A stretch of 64,000 bases of DNA from NCBI RefSeq assembly GCF_006345805.1, contig NC_043005.1, forward strand, positions 22,444,001 to 22,508,000. Reading direction: 5' to 3'. This document shows positions 13,931 to 36,514 of this stretch, piece by piece; the stretch's first letter is position 1, and each line of letters begins with the position of its first letter. This DNA comes from Octopus sinensis. Its lineage: Eukaryota. The notes under the pieces were generated by a model, which saw only the letters and a list, made by a program, of their open reading frames with translations, did no database searches and was not told the DNA's origin. The translations under genes were made by a program, and so were the position numbers.

Positions 13931-14295
13931 CTTTTCACTTTGACCGGCAGATTTTAAAAATAATTTCTTTGTAACTAAACACTTTTAAACTTCGTATACT
14001 GGTAGAATGTGTTTATAAAACATCTTTTTCTCTTGGTTTTCTTGAGAAAATTCTGTAGTTTGTAAGCTATTTGTTGTTTAATTTCTTGTATGTCCGCAAT
14101 TTGAACCAATCAATGACGTCTATTGAGGTGAATTCAATTTCTGCCGTAGTGTGTCAACAATGTGTTTATAAAACATCTTTTTCTCTTGGCTTTATTGAGA
14201 AAATTCTATAGTTTGTAAGATATTTGTTGTTTTTTTTCCTTCAATTTCTGCAATTTCAACCAATCGATGACGTCCATTGAGGTAAAAAACATTCT
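13930..14295. repeat. Interspersed repeat containing two tandem ~150-bp units
   Basis: Units at ~14006-14155 and ~14158-14290 share aatgtgtttataaaacatctttttctcttgg...aaccaatc(a/g)atgacgtc(t/c)attgaggt. Confidence 0.75.
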
Positions 14296-14484
14296 GTGCA
14301 TAATGAATATGTCCCTCGTTTAAGAAACAGATTGGGTTTATTTACATTTGTGAAGAAAAAAAGATACCCTTCCCCCCACCCCTAACCCTAACTAACCCTA
14401 ACCCTAAAACAGGGTCATAATTATGGGTGACAATTTCATATGACACCGCTAGAAAAAACTGCCGTTCAAACCGAAAAGATCCAC

Positions 14485-15200
14485 CATCTCGACTATTCTC
14501 ACCACAAATAGCTGATGCATCTATCACGAGTTTTACACATCTCTCCACAACTTGGGTGTAGCACGGTAATTTTTCCACTTGCATCAAATGCGGCTATTAA
14601 ATGGAGGTATCGATTTCTTCAAGAAAATATGTATTAGAGGTAGTTCAGTAACAAAAGTGTCCTGCCAGTTAATTATATCCATGTAGTTTGAGGCAGAAAA
14701 GTTTAGGGAAGGAATTTTGAAAGGTCGCACAAAGTTCCCTTTATACTGTGTTCGAGTCTGCTTTATGCACCTTCATGTCAGTTATCAAATGTGGTTCTGT
14801 TCATCCTTTATGGCCAGTAAAATGTTTTCTGGGTAGTCGAAGAAAGCATTCCGTTGTGTAACTGGAAACACAATGTCTTGTACCGCTTGATCCATTTCTC
14901 TCGAAGACTCAATCGTTTTGAACACATTTAGAGCCCCATTTTTCAAGGAAGAATTGCATTTAATTGTGAACCACATTGGTACGTAAACTTTCATTATGTA
15001 AGAAACAATCAATTTCATCGAGTTAGAAGGATTCTCGGTGGTAACATGCAACCGTTGCATACGATTTGCAGTTGTAAGCCATCGATAATGCGCAATTTTA
15101 CCGGGTTTCCTTAAAGCCATTTCAGATGAATATTTCCCTCCAGAAATAGACTGGTGGATATCAGGAAGGTATTTTTGATCAGTGCTGAGATCGTTTCCGT
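14485..15200 (-). mobile_element. hAT-superfamily (hATm-like) transposase relic
   Basis: PGKIAHYRWLTTANR...VYVPMWFTIK...QRNAFFDYPENILL and LPCYTQVVERCVKLV...GENSRDG match a recalled consensus (HSRWLTTANR, FPCHTQAVERCVKLV). Confidence 0.65.
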
Positions 15201-15394
15201 CTATTGATGATAGGTCCGTTGGAATCTAGTTAGATTTTACAATACTTAGTGTTTCACATAGTTCCAGTCACTTACGTGTGTATGTATGTCATTCAATTTT
15301 ATTTCAAGATTTCTGTCAATAGAGAAAGAGCCGGTTTCTAACCTAGATCCAAGACTCCTTCATTAGAATTTCAACATCAACAACAGGGTATTTT

Positions 15395-15585
15395 TGTATG
15401 TATGTATGTATGTATGTATGTATGTATGTATGTATGTATGTATGTATGTATGTATACATGCATGCCTGCATGTATGTATGTATGTATGTATACATGCATG
15501 CCTGTATGTATGTATGTATATATGTATTTATGTATGTATTTATGTATTTATGTATGTATGTATGTATGTATGTATGCATATGTAT
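15395..15585. repeat. (TATG)n compound microsatellite
   Basis: Directly visible array with periodic CATGCCTG interruptions. Confidence 0.95.
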
Positions 15586-16324
15586 GCATGTGCACATATT
15601 TCTATGTATAGCTTTATGTATGTATTCTCGTGCATATAGTTGCACATCTAGACATGCGCATATATATTTAAATGATAAACGTCTGGAAAGTTTTACAGAT
15701 TTTTACAGTTCCAGTGATAGATTGGATCTGTAGTCTTCGAATTAGCTTTCTCCTTTCTGGTTTTGAAAGTCTAATTTCTCAAGATTGGTATTTGGGCAGT
15801 GTGTTACATATCTCAGGGCCCCAATAATTACATGTGTAGCTCGAACAAGCATAATTGTTGGTAATCTCATTGGTTAAAATTACTGCCCATATACAAATTC
15901 TAAATTTTCGTCAAAGTAATCTTTCACGAAATACGGTTCTTAGAATTCGGATATGAGCGGTTATAAAACCCCGGATTTTGGGGAAATTACTCAGTGATCT
16001 TTGGATGTTACTAAACTCCATGACACGTACTCCTTGAAATATTGGCTATTTCTTATGCTATGTCTATGATAAAGATCCAACAAGACTTATTTGAATTGTT
16101 GTGAACTCTAGTAGTTAGTATGAAAGATTTCTCGCTATGGTGTTTATGTAGCTGGAGTCAGGATTTATGTTTAATGATAACACTTATAAGTAAGTTATAA
16201 GTGACGTGTTTATCAATATATATTCCTACTTCAAAAAGTAAAATATATTTATTATCTATTTCCAAATAGGAAACATATAAAAGTAGTGTTACACAAACCC
16301 TAACCAAACTGGTTGGAGGAATTA

Positions 16325-17785
16325 CAACCGTGTTTCGTGGTCTGCTACCACAACAGCTCCTTTATAGGATCCAGTTAGCTCAAGACATCATCAGGAGGAA
16401 CCGCGTCCGGTTTCGGCCCCTACTCCTCTACCGTTTTGACGTGGCGGCCCCCCCCACTTCGGAGGTGTCTACAGCTCTGGTGTTGGGTGCATGTCTTCTT
16501 TCTTCTTTCTTTTGTTCCCTGGCCTCTTCGATGTATCGTCAACGAGTGTCAGCCGGTAATTGATTGACTTGTCAAATTTTTCCCTTTAAATACCTGCCGC
16601 TAGGCTCCAGCAGGCAGCCCCAGCAAGTTGTCACGTGACACTGTCTCACCTTAACTGACTAGTGAAGGCGCGTAGTCTTAGCCCGCGCATTCTCTAAACG
16701 ACCGTCACCTGTCAGTCAGCGAAGCTGATTCAGTGTCAGCTTGTCTCACCTAGTGATGTTATTTCCCGCCGGCATGTTATGATTTTCAAGCCATTTTTGG
16801 TTTTCCCGCTTCAGCCATATGTAGAAGCTCGCTTTTTCGACCGCCTCATGTACTCTCCTTATTAGTTTTCGCGGCTCGGAGTTAGAAAAAACAAATCTTC
16901 TTTTGAATAGCGTTGTCATTTTCCTTTCAATGAAGCCTCTAGCCCCCCCCCCCTGCCAGGTGGTAATACTCGACATTCCATCCTTGTTCTCTGCATTCTT
17001 CGATTAGTTTTTCGTACCTCTTCTTCTTTCGTTCCTCTGCATTGCCGATGTTCTCTTCCCAAGATACTGTCAGTTCTAGTAAAATTCCTATTCTCCGTTC
17101 TCTGCTCCATAGGACTAAATCTGGTCTTTTTGTCGTTTTTATTAGTGAAAATATTATTTGTCTTTCCAAATCCGTGGCCACCTCCCAGTATCCCTTCCAT
17201 CTTTCGTCTATCTCGTATATTTTACTTGTAGGCCTGGTTTTATATCCTTTTCCCTCCTTGTGAGAGTATACTTTCCTGCGCTTTTCTACTTTTGGGTAAT
17301 CTCCCCTATTGTACCTCTCGATCTTCTCCTTGAGTGCTGTGCTTATGACACCGAGGACTTGACTATGCCGCCATGTATATCTTTCTAGTGCTAGTCTGCA
17401 ATTTGACGGAACATGTCTAACCGTCCCTTTCTCACCGCATCTACACTCATCGGTGTTTTTATGTTCCACCTGACTAAGTTCGCCGGTAGACTTGATCAGG
17501 AAGGATGATCTTGCTTGTTCCCAAGCCCAAAGTTCCTTCCATGATATTCTGCGGCTGATCACATATTCCTCCCATCTCAGGCACTGTCCCTGTTGACTAC
17601 ATTGCACCAAATGTGCATTTCGCCTTTCTTCTTCCTCCTTTCTCACTTCGTATACCACTGCCTCTTTCATCTCTTTTATACTGCTCTTGCAAAAATGCCT
17701 GAAATTGTGCGACTCTAGGCCGGTTCTTGCTTCTTGCGTCACTCCGACTATATCTGCGTGTCTTAGTTTTCCGATCGTTCTTTTT
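16325..17785 (-). mobile_element. 5'-truncated RLE-type non-LTR retrotransposon, HERO-clade-like (zinc knuckle, restriction-like endonuclease and 3' UTR)
   Basis: ORF 17742-16939: QQGQCLRWE..RRISWKELW..SFLIKST..CRCG..HVPSNC..RYTWRHSQVL..TKRPDLVLWS..LELTVSWEE..ERKKKRY, continuing RGFI after a frameshift. Confidence 0.8.
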
Positions 17786-18040
17786 CACTGATCTTCAGCG
17801 TTATGTTAGCATCCGTAAGGCAGCTAATTTCCACAACTGTATACAGTTTTTTCTCCACCCCAAATCATTATATCAGGTCTGTTGCGCTTACATTTTATTC
17901 AGGTCTTCACTGGGACATTCCACCAGTACTCCTTTTTACTATGAGTAGCTATGTCTTCTTCTATATTGTGGGTTCTTATTTCTTTGTCCTCGGGATTATC
18001 CTTCTGACATATTTCATTATACAGCAGTGGTTCTCAACCT
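17786..18040 (-). mobile_element. Dong/R4-like LINE endonuclease fragment
   Basis: WNVPVKT..NRPDIMIW..TVVEISC..ANITLKISEKE; homologous to the fragment at 55255-55450. Confidence 0.65.
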
Positions 18041-18739
18041 TTTCACAGTGTCTCCCAACAGTAGTCCCCAATCCTTTTATTCAAATAAGTTTTCCCACTG
18101 ACCTCTTTTAATATGCTTATCCTTATATATATATATATGCTTATCCTTATATATATATATTATAAGAAAGGCGAAATGTACATATATATATATTTATATA
18201 TATATATATATGAAATTTAATAACCGAGAACTCCACTGCAGAAATTCTATCTATGCCTTTGATATATTAAAACTGGCTTGAATATTACTTAACAATGATA
18301 AAAAAATAACATAGTTATTACTTAATTTACTGCCGTTTAGAATGGAGAGTGATCACGAGGGAAATAAACCATGTTTACTGGTAGTTTTGGTCACTCACAG
18401 TCTCAAGGCAAACTTGCATGAAAAAATACAATTTGGGCATTATACACAGGCCCTCCATATTAATTACAGGACAGGTATTGTTTTTGAAATATTGCAAAGA
18501 TAAGAAAAACAAATATTGATTGTGAGAGTGTTATGATTGTGAGAGTGTTAGGTCAGTTTAGTGAATGTCAAGTGATTTACTTTGAACTTTGAATCATGAC
18601 TGAGGGCATTAAGATATAATGTCAAGGGGTCTTGCACACACACACACTAATTTAAATGTATATAAATCCACACATATATCCATATGTATATATACACTCA
18701 CATGAAGACTAACAAACAACTGTTGAACACTGAAGTGTC

Positions 18740-18899
18740 GAAGGAGTGGCTGTGTGGTAAGTAGCTTATTTATCAACCACATGGTTCCGGGTTCAGTCCA
18801 ACTTCGTGGCACCTTGGGCAAGTGTCTTCTACTTTAGCCTCGGGCCGACCAAAGCCTTGTGAGTGGATTTGGTAGACGGAAACTGAAAGAAGCCCATCG

Positions 18900-18968
<69 letters not shown>

Positions 18969-19167
18969 ATGTATTTGTGTGTCCCCCCAACATCGCTTGA
19001 CAACTGATGCTGGTGTGTTTACGTCCCCGTAACTTAGCGGTTCGGCAAAAGAGACCGCTAGAATAAGTACTAGATTTACAAAGAATAAGTCTTGGGGTCG
19101 ATTCGCTTGACTAAAGGCGGTGCTCCAGCATGGCCGCAGTCAAATGACTGAAACAAATAAAAGAGTA
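18740..19167 (+). mobile_element. tRNA-derived CORE-like SINE, family 2 (OR2-like), with internal (TA)n(TG)n
   Basis: Head GGAGTGGCTGTGTGGTAAG...GGTTCAGTCC, CORE-like CCTTGGGCAAGTGTCTT and tail GGCCGCAGTCAAATGACTGAAAC. Confidence 0.8.
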
Positions 19168-20402
19168 GTTTGACATGCCAACATTTTACTAGGGTGTAAA
19201 TAAAGAACTGCATTGTATATTTAATGGTAAAAGTAACATTTTTGCTCAAAGTGTTCGATAGGTATTCCCAGGCTGAGACTGCGGACGAAGTTCTCGCAAA
19301 CTCTTGTGAGCAAAAATCATAAAAGTCACAATATATGAGATACATAAAATATGGAGAGATGCAAAAGAAAAAAAAAAATCTTTTTTTATTTCAGCTGTTG
19401 TTTCTCGTATTGTAGAAGTGCTATTATAAATAAAAGCTTCAAACGTTTTAGGTCTCGTCCGAATCAATCACTTTATGAACACGCTCGTGTTTGATCCCAG
19501 AAACGCTTGCTCAATGAACCCTCATCCTATGATCCAGACAGAATTTTTCTGCAATTATTGGTTTTAATCGCATTTTACTCCTCTCATAGTGCAATCACAC
19601 TATCGACTTTGGGTCTTTATCATATATTTTAATAGTTACATCACTGTAAAAATAATTCCTTGATACAAAATTACGGTCTCGTAATACTTGTGGCATTATC
19701 ATTGAAATCACAATAGGAAAATAACAAATGGATTTAAGTCATGCTAATGTGACACGAATATAACTGTCATCTAAAACAGAGGTGGGGAATATTTTTGTTG
19801 GCGAACCGCTTTGGAGTTTACTATCTAATAAGGCATCATTAAAAAATATTTAATACTGCCAAATCTCGGTTACTTTTAAACAATACAATTGTTCATAAAA
19901 TCCCTAACAAAATGTAAGCAAATTTTAACTAGTGCCCTAAATTTTTAAAAGCGTGTTTAAATATAATTATATCAACAAAAAATATATTTCATTATAGTAA
20001 TTCTCCCTCAAAAGTTGTATTTCGTTATTTCAGAATGCTGCACGTATTCAATCACAGGCTGCAAATTTCTCAATCCTGACAAGAATCAGAAATGTAAAAA
20101 CAACATGATTTCAAATTCTTCGCTCATGATGCTAGTAACCATATAATGAAATATAATGTAAAAAAATAGCAGCTTAATCTAAAATTCCAAACCCACACTA
20201 TCACCAATTGCAGGGAAATTACATTTTTCAATCCGTGACATTTGAGATATTTGTAGGTAATGGGCAACTAACCACTAAGTTCTTGATTTCTTTAGCATCT
20301 CGTCTGACTGAAGTATCAGAGATGAGATTTGTGAGGATGCGCCGCCCGGCTACTGTAGCCTTGCAGCTATCCATGGTAATGCTGCGGGTGCTTTGGATTG
20401 CT

Positions 20403-20685
20403 CTCGTGGTTTAGTGATTAGAGTATTCAGCTTACGATCGTGAGTTCAATTCCCGGCGACACGTTGTGTCCTTGAGCAAGACACTTTATTTTACGTCGCT
20501 CCAATCCACTCAGCTGGCAAAAATGAGTAGTACCTGTATTTTAAGGGGTTAGCCATGTCACATTCGTGTTTCTCTGAGACTACGTACACGTAACTGTGGA
20601 GTGCTCAGCCGCCTGTACGTTAATTTCATGAGCAAGCTGTTCCATTGATCGGATTAATTGGAACCCTTGTCGTCGTAACCGTTTT
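20403..20685 (+). mobile_element. tRNA-derived SINE, family 3
   Basis: Head GTGGTTTAGTGATTAGAG...GAGTTCAATTCC and CCTTGAGCAAGACACTT; the reverse-complement homolog is at 57790-58020. Confidence 0.75.
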
Positions 20686-21049
20686 ATCCTTGTGTTTAGT
20701 TTTTAATGCAAAATCGCACTAATATAAAAAAAAATGCGTATGCTATTTCTCTTCCAAGAAATCTGTAGATAAGTGAACGAGATGAGAAACAATAGCTCCA
20801 ATCGAATGCAGCATATCAATAGACACTCGCCAATTTTGAAGTTCATCTATTGTTTGTTGATGTGATTTCATTGAAAATTGAGAATTAGCTGTCTCTTAGT
20901 CACGGCTACAACAGCTCCGGTTTGTTGTCGGGTTTGTCAACATTAGTAAAAGTGGAGAACAATAGATAGTGTATTTTTAAGGTTTTCATTGTTTGTTGTT
21001 CGACGCTTAGACTTTAGAGGTTTGTTTCCTCATTGAGATCTCTCCCTAG

Positions 21050-21825
21050 ATTAAACCTGTCTTTCCCAAACAATGCAGAAGTACCGCATTTGTGAGTGAT
21101 GACGCCTATCCAGAATACAGACGTCGGTCACCAACCTCTGGAAGCAGGACACACATTATTAGAACTACTCGAACATCTACTGAAGTAGATGATAGCTTCA
21201 TAGTGCCATACAACCCATTCCTATCTCTCCGATACAACTGCCATCTAAATGTTGAGGTTGTGTACATTGTACTGGCGGCGAAATATTTTTTCAAGTACCT
21301 TACTAAAGGGCCTGATAGAGTCAATGTTCAAATCCGATCAAGCAGTACTGATGAAACAAAGGGAATGCCTCAAGAGTTTAACAATTCAACCCTTAAAGTG
21401 GTTGACAATGAAATTGACACTTACCGAAATGCCTGATACATCTCATCTGGTGCGGCAATTTGGAAGATATTCAGATTTTTAATCCATTCCACACAACCCA
21501 CTGTTATAAATCTCTCATGCCATCTAAAAAAATCAACAATCTCTTACTTTTGATGGCGAGCTGCCTGAAAAGCTTGAGCTTGCAGCAAAAGCAACTTTGA
21601 CTGAGTTTTTCACATTAAATAAGCATGACTCAGACGCCAGAGACAAACTATATGCTGAAATTCCAAAGTATTACACTCGGAATAAAAAAGAGAAGTGGCA
21701 AAAGAGGATAAGGAGAACAATCATGGAAGATAGAAAATATGAAATCAGTACTATTGGTCGCATTTCCATAGTCGCTTACAATGTCCAGCAGAAGGAATTA
21801 TATTACACGGGGATACTGCTCTGAA
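21050..21825 (+). mobile_element. Helitron RepHel fragment (post-Rep region), degenerate
   Basis: DAYPEYRRR..VDDSFIVPYNPFLSLRYNCHLNVEV..AKYFFKYLTKGPDR..NEIDTYRNA..TLTEFFTLN..ARDKLYAEIPKYY. Confidence 0.85.
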
Positions 21826-21829
21826 TGAC

Positions 21830-23579
21830 AACTTGTTTCTCATCTCATTTTCAGTGTCAACGAAATATAGCTGTGCATAAACTGGCTTCCTATTTACTGC
21901 TGATAGAAGACTTCCTTTATGGCAGTACAACTTCCCTTGAATCTTGAAAGTAGGCATAAAATGCTATCACCCTGTGGTCTAACTGGTGGATTATCTAGCC
22001 CAAGTGAAGCCATATCCAGTAAATTATTGTAGTCACGAATTTTGTTCAGAAACATTTGACCGCTTAGATTAACATCATAGTACTTAGCTATTAATTCTGG
22101 GGGCTTTTATCTATGGAACTTTGCTATTGCTAATTTTTCCTTTGCCATAACAGAGGGTAGTTTTTTCAGCATCCCAAAGATAAGCTTTGCAGTCAGGGCG
22201 TGTTCTGTTAAAAATGTTTCCTCAGTTGTACAACATATGGCTTGGGTTTCGTTCTTTCTCATGAAAATCTTCCACATCAACTTCCATAGCCATTCTTTCA
22301 GTGTCAGTTCTTTGCTGACGACTCGATTGGTATCGTGCCTGGTTGTTTGTCGCTACTGAATTTGTGGCAGCGACGTGTTTTCCTCAGAGTCCTGTTTCCT
22401 CAGCCGATCAGTATTTGTCCATGCTTCTGTTTCTTGTGGTGTTTCCATTGCACGGCTTTTCTGTGTTTTCATCCGATTCTGAATCTTCTGGTCTTTCCAT
22501 TGCACAGGTTTCCCTCTTCTCAGACGATCTGCATTTCTCAGTGCCTCTGTTTCTTCTGGTGTTTCCATTGTACTAGTTTCTTGCATTCTCCTTTGCTTTA
22601 CTTCAACATACTGTGAAGAGCTGGTTCCTTGTCTGTTTTCTTCAATTAGCGTCTGTTGTCTTTGCTCAACAATATTTTGTGAACGGACATTTTTTTCGGG
22701 ACAGGTTGTTGCCCTTCCTTTTTCTGGGCATATTGTACTGTTGAAAGCGTGAATATTTATGACAACTATACAGTGAAAGTTTTGAGATGATTCAGCTAGT
22801 ATTTGAGCTAATTTCTCTGAACGGGAAGTTTTCACGGTATTAATACTAAATATTTACCTTGGGTATTTGTTTTTACAATTACACCACTCTCGCTAAAACT
22901 ATTTTAAAATGCGATTTTTATGTTTTTGAATTGCTGTAAACGAATTTGACCATAAAAATGTCTGAAATTTGGTATTGTTTAAGATAATAATAAAATTAGT
23001 CGAACCTATTTTCATGCAGTCGAATGCGTAAAGTTTCCGAAATGTTCATACTTTTAACGTGTTCTATTTCAGAAATAACAGACGACATTACATCCAATAA
23101 CATATACATTCGTGCAACGATGTAAACAGACATAAGAGTAGCTCTGACGGTCGACGGCATGAAAATGGGTCCGACAAATTTTATTAATATCTTAAAAAAT
23201 ACTAAATTCCCAATATTTTTATGGTGAAATTCGTTTAGAGCAATTCAATAACATAAAAATCGCACTTTAAGATAGTGTTTAGCAAGTAATTTCCACCGAA
23301 GACTAACAGTATTTCTGTTTTTTTTTTCAAAATGACACCGATAGAAATATTGGAAAGAACGCAACCAGTTAAGAGAGAATGAAGTAAGAGAAGTAGTAAA
23401 TAGTGTGTATATGTGTGTGTGAGAGAGAGAGAGAGTTATGAGAGGTAACATTGTATGAGAGAGAGTGAGTTCAATACGTAATATGCATATATGTGAGAGA
23501 GAAACATCAAAGTAATACCAAAGGAGATATGGAAAAGAGCACAACCGGTTGAGAGTAAGTTAAGAGAAGCAGTAAATAT

Positions 23580-23633
<54 letters not shown>

Positions 23634-23950
23634 ATGAGAGGTAACATTATCAGCATTCTGTCAATAACCACTTCTCACACTACAGCTCTCGATAAGAGAA
23701 TGATGTAGTAATAATGAGGAATAGTAGGAGAGTCACCGAATAGTGAGAGAGGGGTAATTCGTTTTGTCGGATTTTACCAAACTGGAACCGGACCGGTTAA
23801 TTTTCGTGAATCCCATATAGATTTTGGCACTCTTCCAGTACCCACGGTTCTTTACGCCAAGTTTGGTCGAAATCGGTCCAGTGGTTGCGCAATTATAGTA
23901 TAGATATGTGTGTGTGTACCAAAAAATAGTCGTCACTCGCGAGGGAATAT
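21830..23950 (-). mobile_element. Helitron 5' portion (5' end, STPR-like repeats, N-terminal Cys region), degenerate
   Basis: ORF 22835-22353 with two METP(E/Q)ETEA..N.DRLR repeats, then C..C.AYLW..E..LC..GK, FLNKIRDYNNLL.MASLG and MPTFKIQG..GSLL..YAQLYFVDTENE. A 5'-end-like A|TCTATACTATAA at 23904 is followed by CTGGACCGATTTCGACCAAACTTGGC. Confidence 0.8.
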
Positions 23951-25135
23951 GACTTGGTAAACCATACTTTCGCTAATTGTTTTAGGTGCCAATATAGTTG
24001 CAAATAGGCATAGATACTGTCTAGGCCTTCCCATTATTAAGTCGGTAGAACATCGAGAATGTGACAGCTGGGAGAACAGAGGGCTATTCCCACACTTGAC
24101 TGAATCTCGTTTATGGCTAAGTAGACTGAAACAACGGGAGCTGAAATGCCTTGCTCAAGGATACAAGGCGCCGCACGAGTTTATCTTCTGTATTCTATCA
24201 GATATCCAAAATGTTATATTCCCTTATGTACCTATTATTGGTGTTGCTTGCTCTATTGCTGAGTCTGTTTTCATTGGGGAATCTGTTTGATAGTTAACCT
24301 GATCTGTAGCAGCTTGTTGTTTTATATACTTCTATTGCCGTCCTATTACTACGATTTAATCCTAGAATATTCATACTATTCACAACTCCGACCAACATTT
24401 TTAACAGGATTTGGCTTTCATATTTGCACCGGGATACTATCACATTTCTTTTGAGTAAGCATAAATTTCTGCGTAATGGTATTGAATTTCTGTCGAGATG
24501 AATAGCGACTTTTTCCAAATCAATTTATATAATGCGCAACATTATTTACTTTTGCCCAAATATTTATACACATATTTTTCTCCCTTTGACCCCAAGCATG
24601 CCACATAACACGTGTTTTCCTTCTAGATAGGTCGAAGAAAGAATGCTGAAGCTAGGTATATCTATCTTTAAATATTCTGCTCGTTGCTCTGGCGCTGTTT
24701 TTATAGGTACATCCCTCATGCATTACCATGAATTTCTTTTTAATTCAATTCCCATTTAATTGATGTGTTCTCAATTTGTTAGAATTGTAACTACTTTCAG
24801 CCGAAGACAGTAGTTCGCTTGCTATTTGGCATGCTTTTCGTTCTGTATACAACTAACATTTGTTTCCCTTTCTGTTAAAGAAATTACCCTCGATGCTTGA
24901 GAAACGTTTAGTAACATGAAATCGGAAATATTTAGTCGTATCTGTTACTAAATACAAGCTGAATAGTTGGGCTAAAGTAGATGTTCTCACCATTTTATGC
25001 GGTTTCTATTAAGATTTTGTTTCGCTTGTTTAAATTAAACATTATTCTATTTATTTAAATCAGTAAAAAACAATTTAAAAGGAGCATTAAAATGTTTTAA
25101 ATAAACGAAAATAATTCATTCAATGTGATTTATAG

Positions 25136-25145
25136 TTTATTTATT
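25136..25145 (-). terminator. Candidate polyadenylation signal(s) of CTSL copy A
   Basis: Two overlapping AATAAA on the minus strand (tttatttatt on +), about 20-29 nt after the stop codon. The context is AT-rich, so chance occurrence is possible. Confidence 0.5.
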
Positions 25146-25164
25146 ACAGTATTCATTTTGTCGT

Positions 25165-35062
<9,898 letters not shown>

Positions 35063-36514
35063 TCCTGAACATAAAAGAAAAATATAAGATAAAATATACA
35101 TATGGAAGCAAATATATAGATAGTAAAACGTCGCAGTAGATGAGGTGTTGGTGAAGATTATTTGGAGGGCCGTGTGTATAAGGTACTGAATAAACAACCG
35201 ATTGGTAAGAAAAACTGTGTTGTGTATTATTGTTCGTAGGAAGGGGAGAACAACCGACAATTAAATGGCTACAGTTCCTCCCAGGGCTAAATGTATACGT
35301 ATAGGTCAGAGAACAGCTTGCCTCTCCAAGCATCGGAGGTGGAAGCTATTCCTTAGCACATGTCAACTCATCAAAGCGTTCCAGCTACGATCATTCCACC
35401 TTATTTTCAAGCAATTAATCCATGGTTACATTATTTACATTCCATTCCCTTTTTCTTTTTAAGATGTTAAAGTGCGGTTTAAAGGAGATCTGACTAAAGG
35501 AAATCTGGCTGCTACTTCTAACAAGTTGCGTGACCATGCAGATGTTCGCTTGTTGGCCTCACTGAAACAATGTTTCATTATGTTACAGTGCTGAGTTGGA
35601 CTTCTTTTTGCATATAACACACGCGCGTGCGCACACACAAACATACAAACACGCACGCATGCACACTCACACACATGAACACACACATAGTGAAAAAGAG
35701 AAGGAGAGTAAGAGAGCGTGAGTGAGCAAAAGAGGGAGTGAAAGAGAGAGAGAGAGAGAGAGAGAGGAGAAAGATGGTGCATATTAGGCCATTAAAATTG
35801 GAGATTTAGTCGTTGGCAGCTATTGTAAAATGGTCACACGCAAAACAATGTACAACCTACTCTTGTTTCGAAATTTCAAATTTATTGTAGGCATTTTAGT
35901 GCGTTTTTTTTGTGGGTGTGAAGTGTGGGGAAGATAGAGTGAGGTTCCGAACGATTTTTTCCCCATATTTTATTGAGAATAAAATCGAACCGCTCCGCTT
36001 GGCGAGTCACCTGTGAAAGGCTGGCATCTTATTTCCCTTTCGTCCTCTCTATCCAATTTCTGAGACAGAACGCTATGTTCTCAGATCATAGCATAATTCA
36101 GTAATAGGAAACGAAGCTAGACTGAGATGATTATAATTAAGCATCTTTGTCATGATCACAGTATGCAACACAACGCAATGCTGATAGAAAGAAACAAACC
36201 GACAATCTTTCTGTTCGGTCGTTTGACATGCTATCGACTTGGTCACATTGTAGATTTCTCAGAAGGGCTTTTAAAGCAATTATAATGGTTTAGTCTGAGG
36301 ATGATTGAGAGTCACCAGGATTTTTTTGCAGGGCATCCCATGAATGGTGAATGGAAGGAAGGAAGGAAGGAAGTATGGAAATTATTTGTTGACCAGTGAC
36401 CGGATCAGAACTCTTGCAACAGCATCATCTTTACCAAAGTTTACCGCGGCCAAGATGTTGCAGCTAAACCGAGCGACGGATTAAGATCTTAGGGATAGCA
36501 AAATCTTCACTTAC

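Noticed and set aside
14378-14408. CCCTAA repeats as an interstitial telomere
   Set aside because: Only about four degenerate units, embedded in what looks like an interspersed repeat.
11955-15733. Numerous MYVCMYVC / HTHT / IIII / ERER ORFs here and elsewhere in the track
   Set aside because: These are translations of (TATG)n, (CA)n, (AAT)n and (GA)n microsatellites, with no coding evidence.
16330-16420. CTGATGA and GAAAC motifs in the HERO-like 3' UTR as a hammerhead ribozyme
   Set aside because: Stems I and II cannot be formed in either permutation by hand.
18740-18815. tRNA-like sequences with A/B boxes (also at 20403, 33606, 55185 and in the SINE array)
   Set aside because: They are SINE heads that continue into SINE bodies, with no complete cloverleaf.
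22353-22835. 160-aa ORF as a novel repeat protein gene
   Set aside because: It is the STPR-like N-terminus of a decayed Helitron RepHel; downstream motifs are frameshifted.
1-25000. A third cathepsin L copy or another host gene downstream of copy A
   Set aside because: I found no cathepsin motifs or coherent spliced ORF; recognisable coding remnants are all transposon-derived. Small exons of an unrelated gene cannot be excluded without RNA data.
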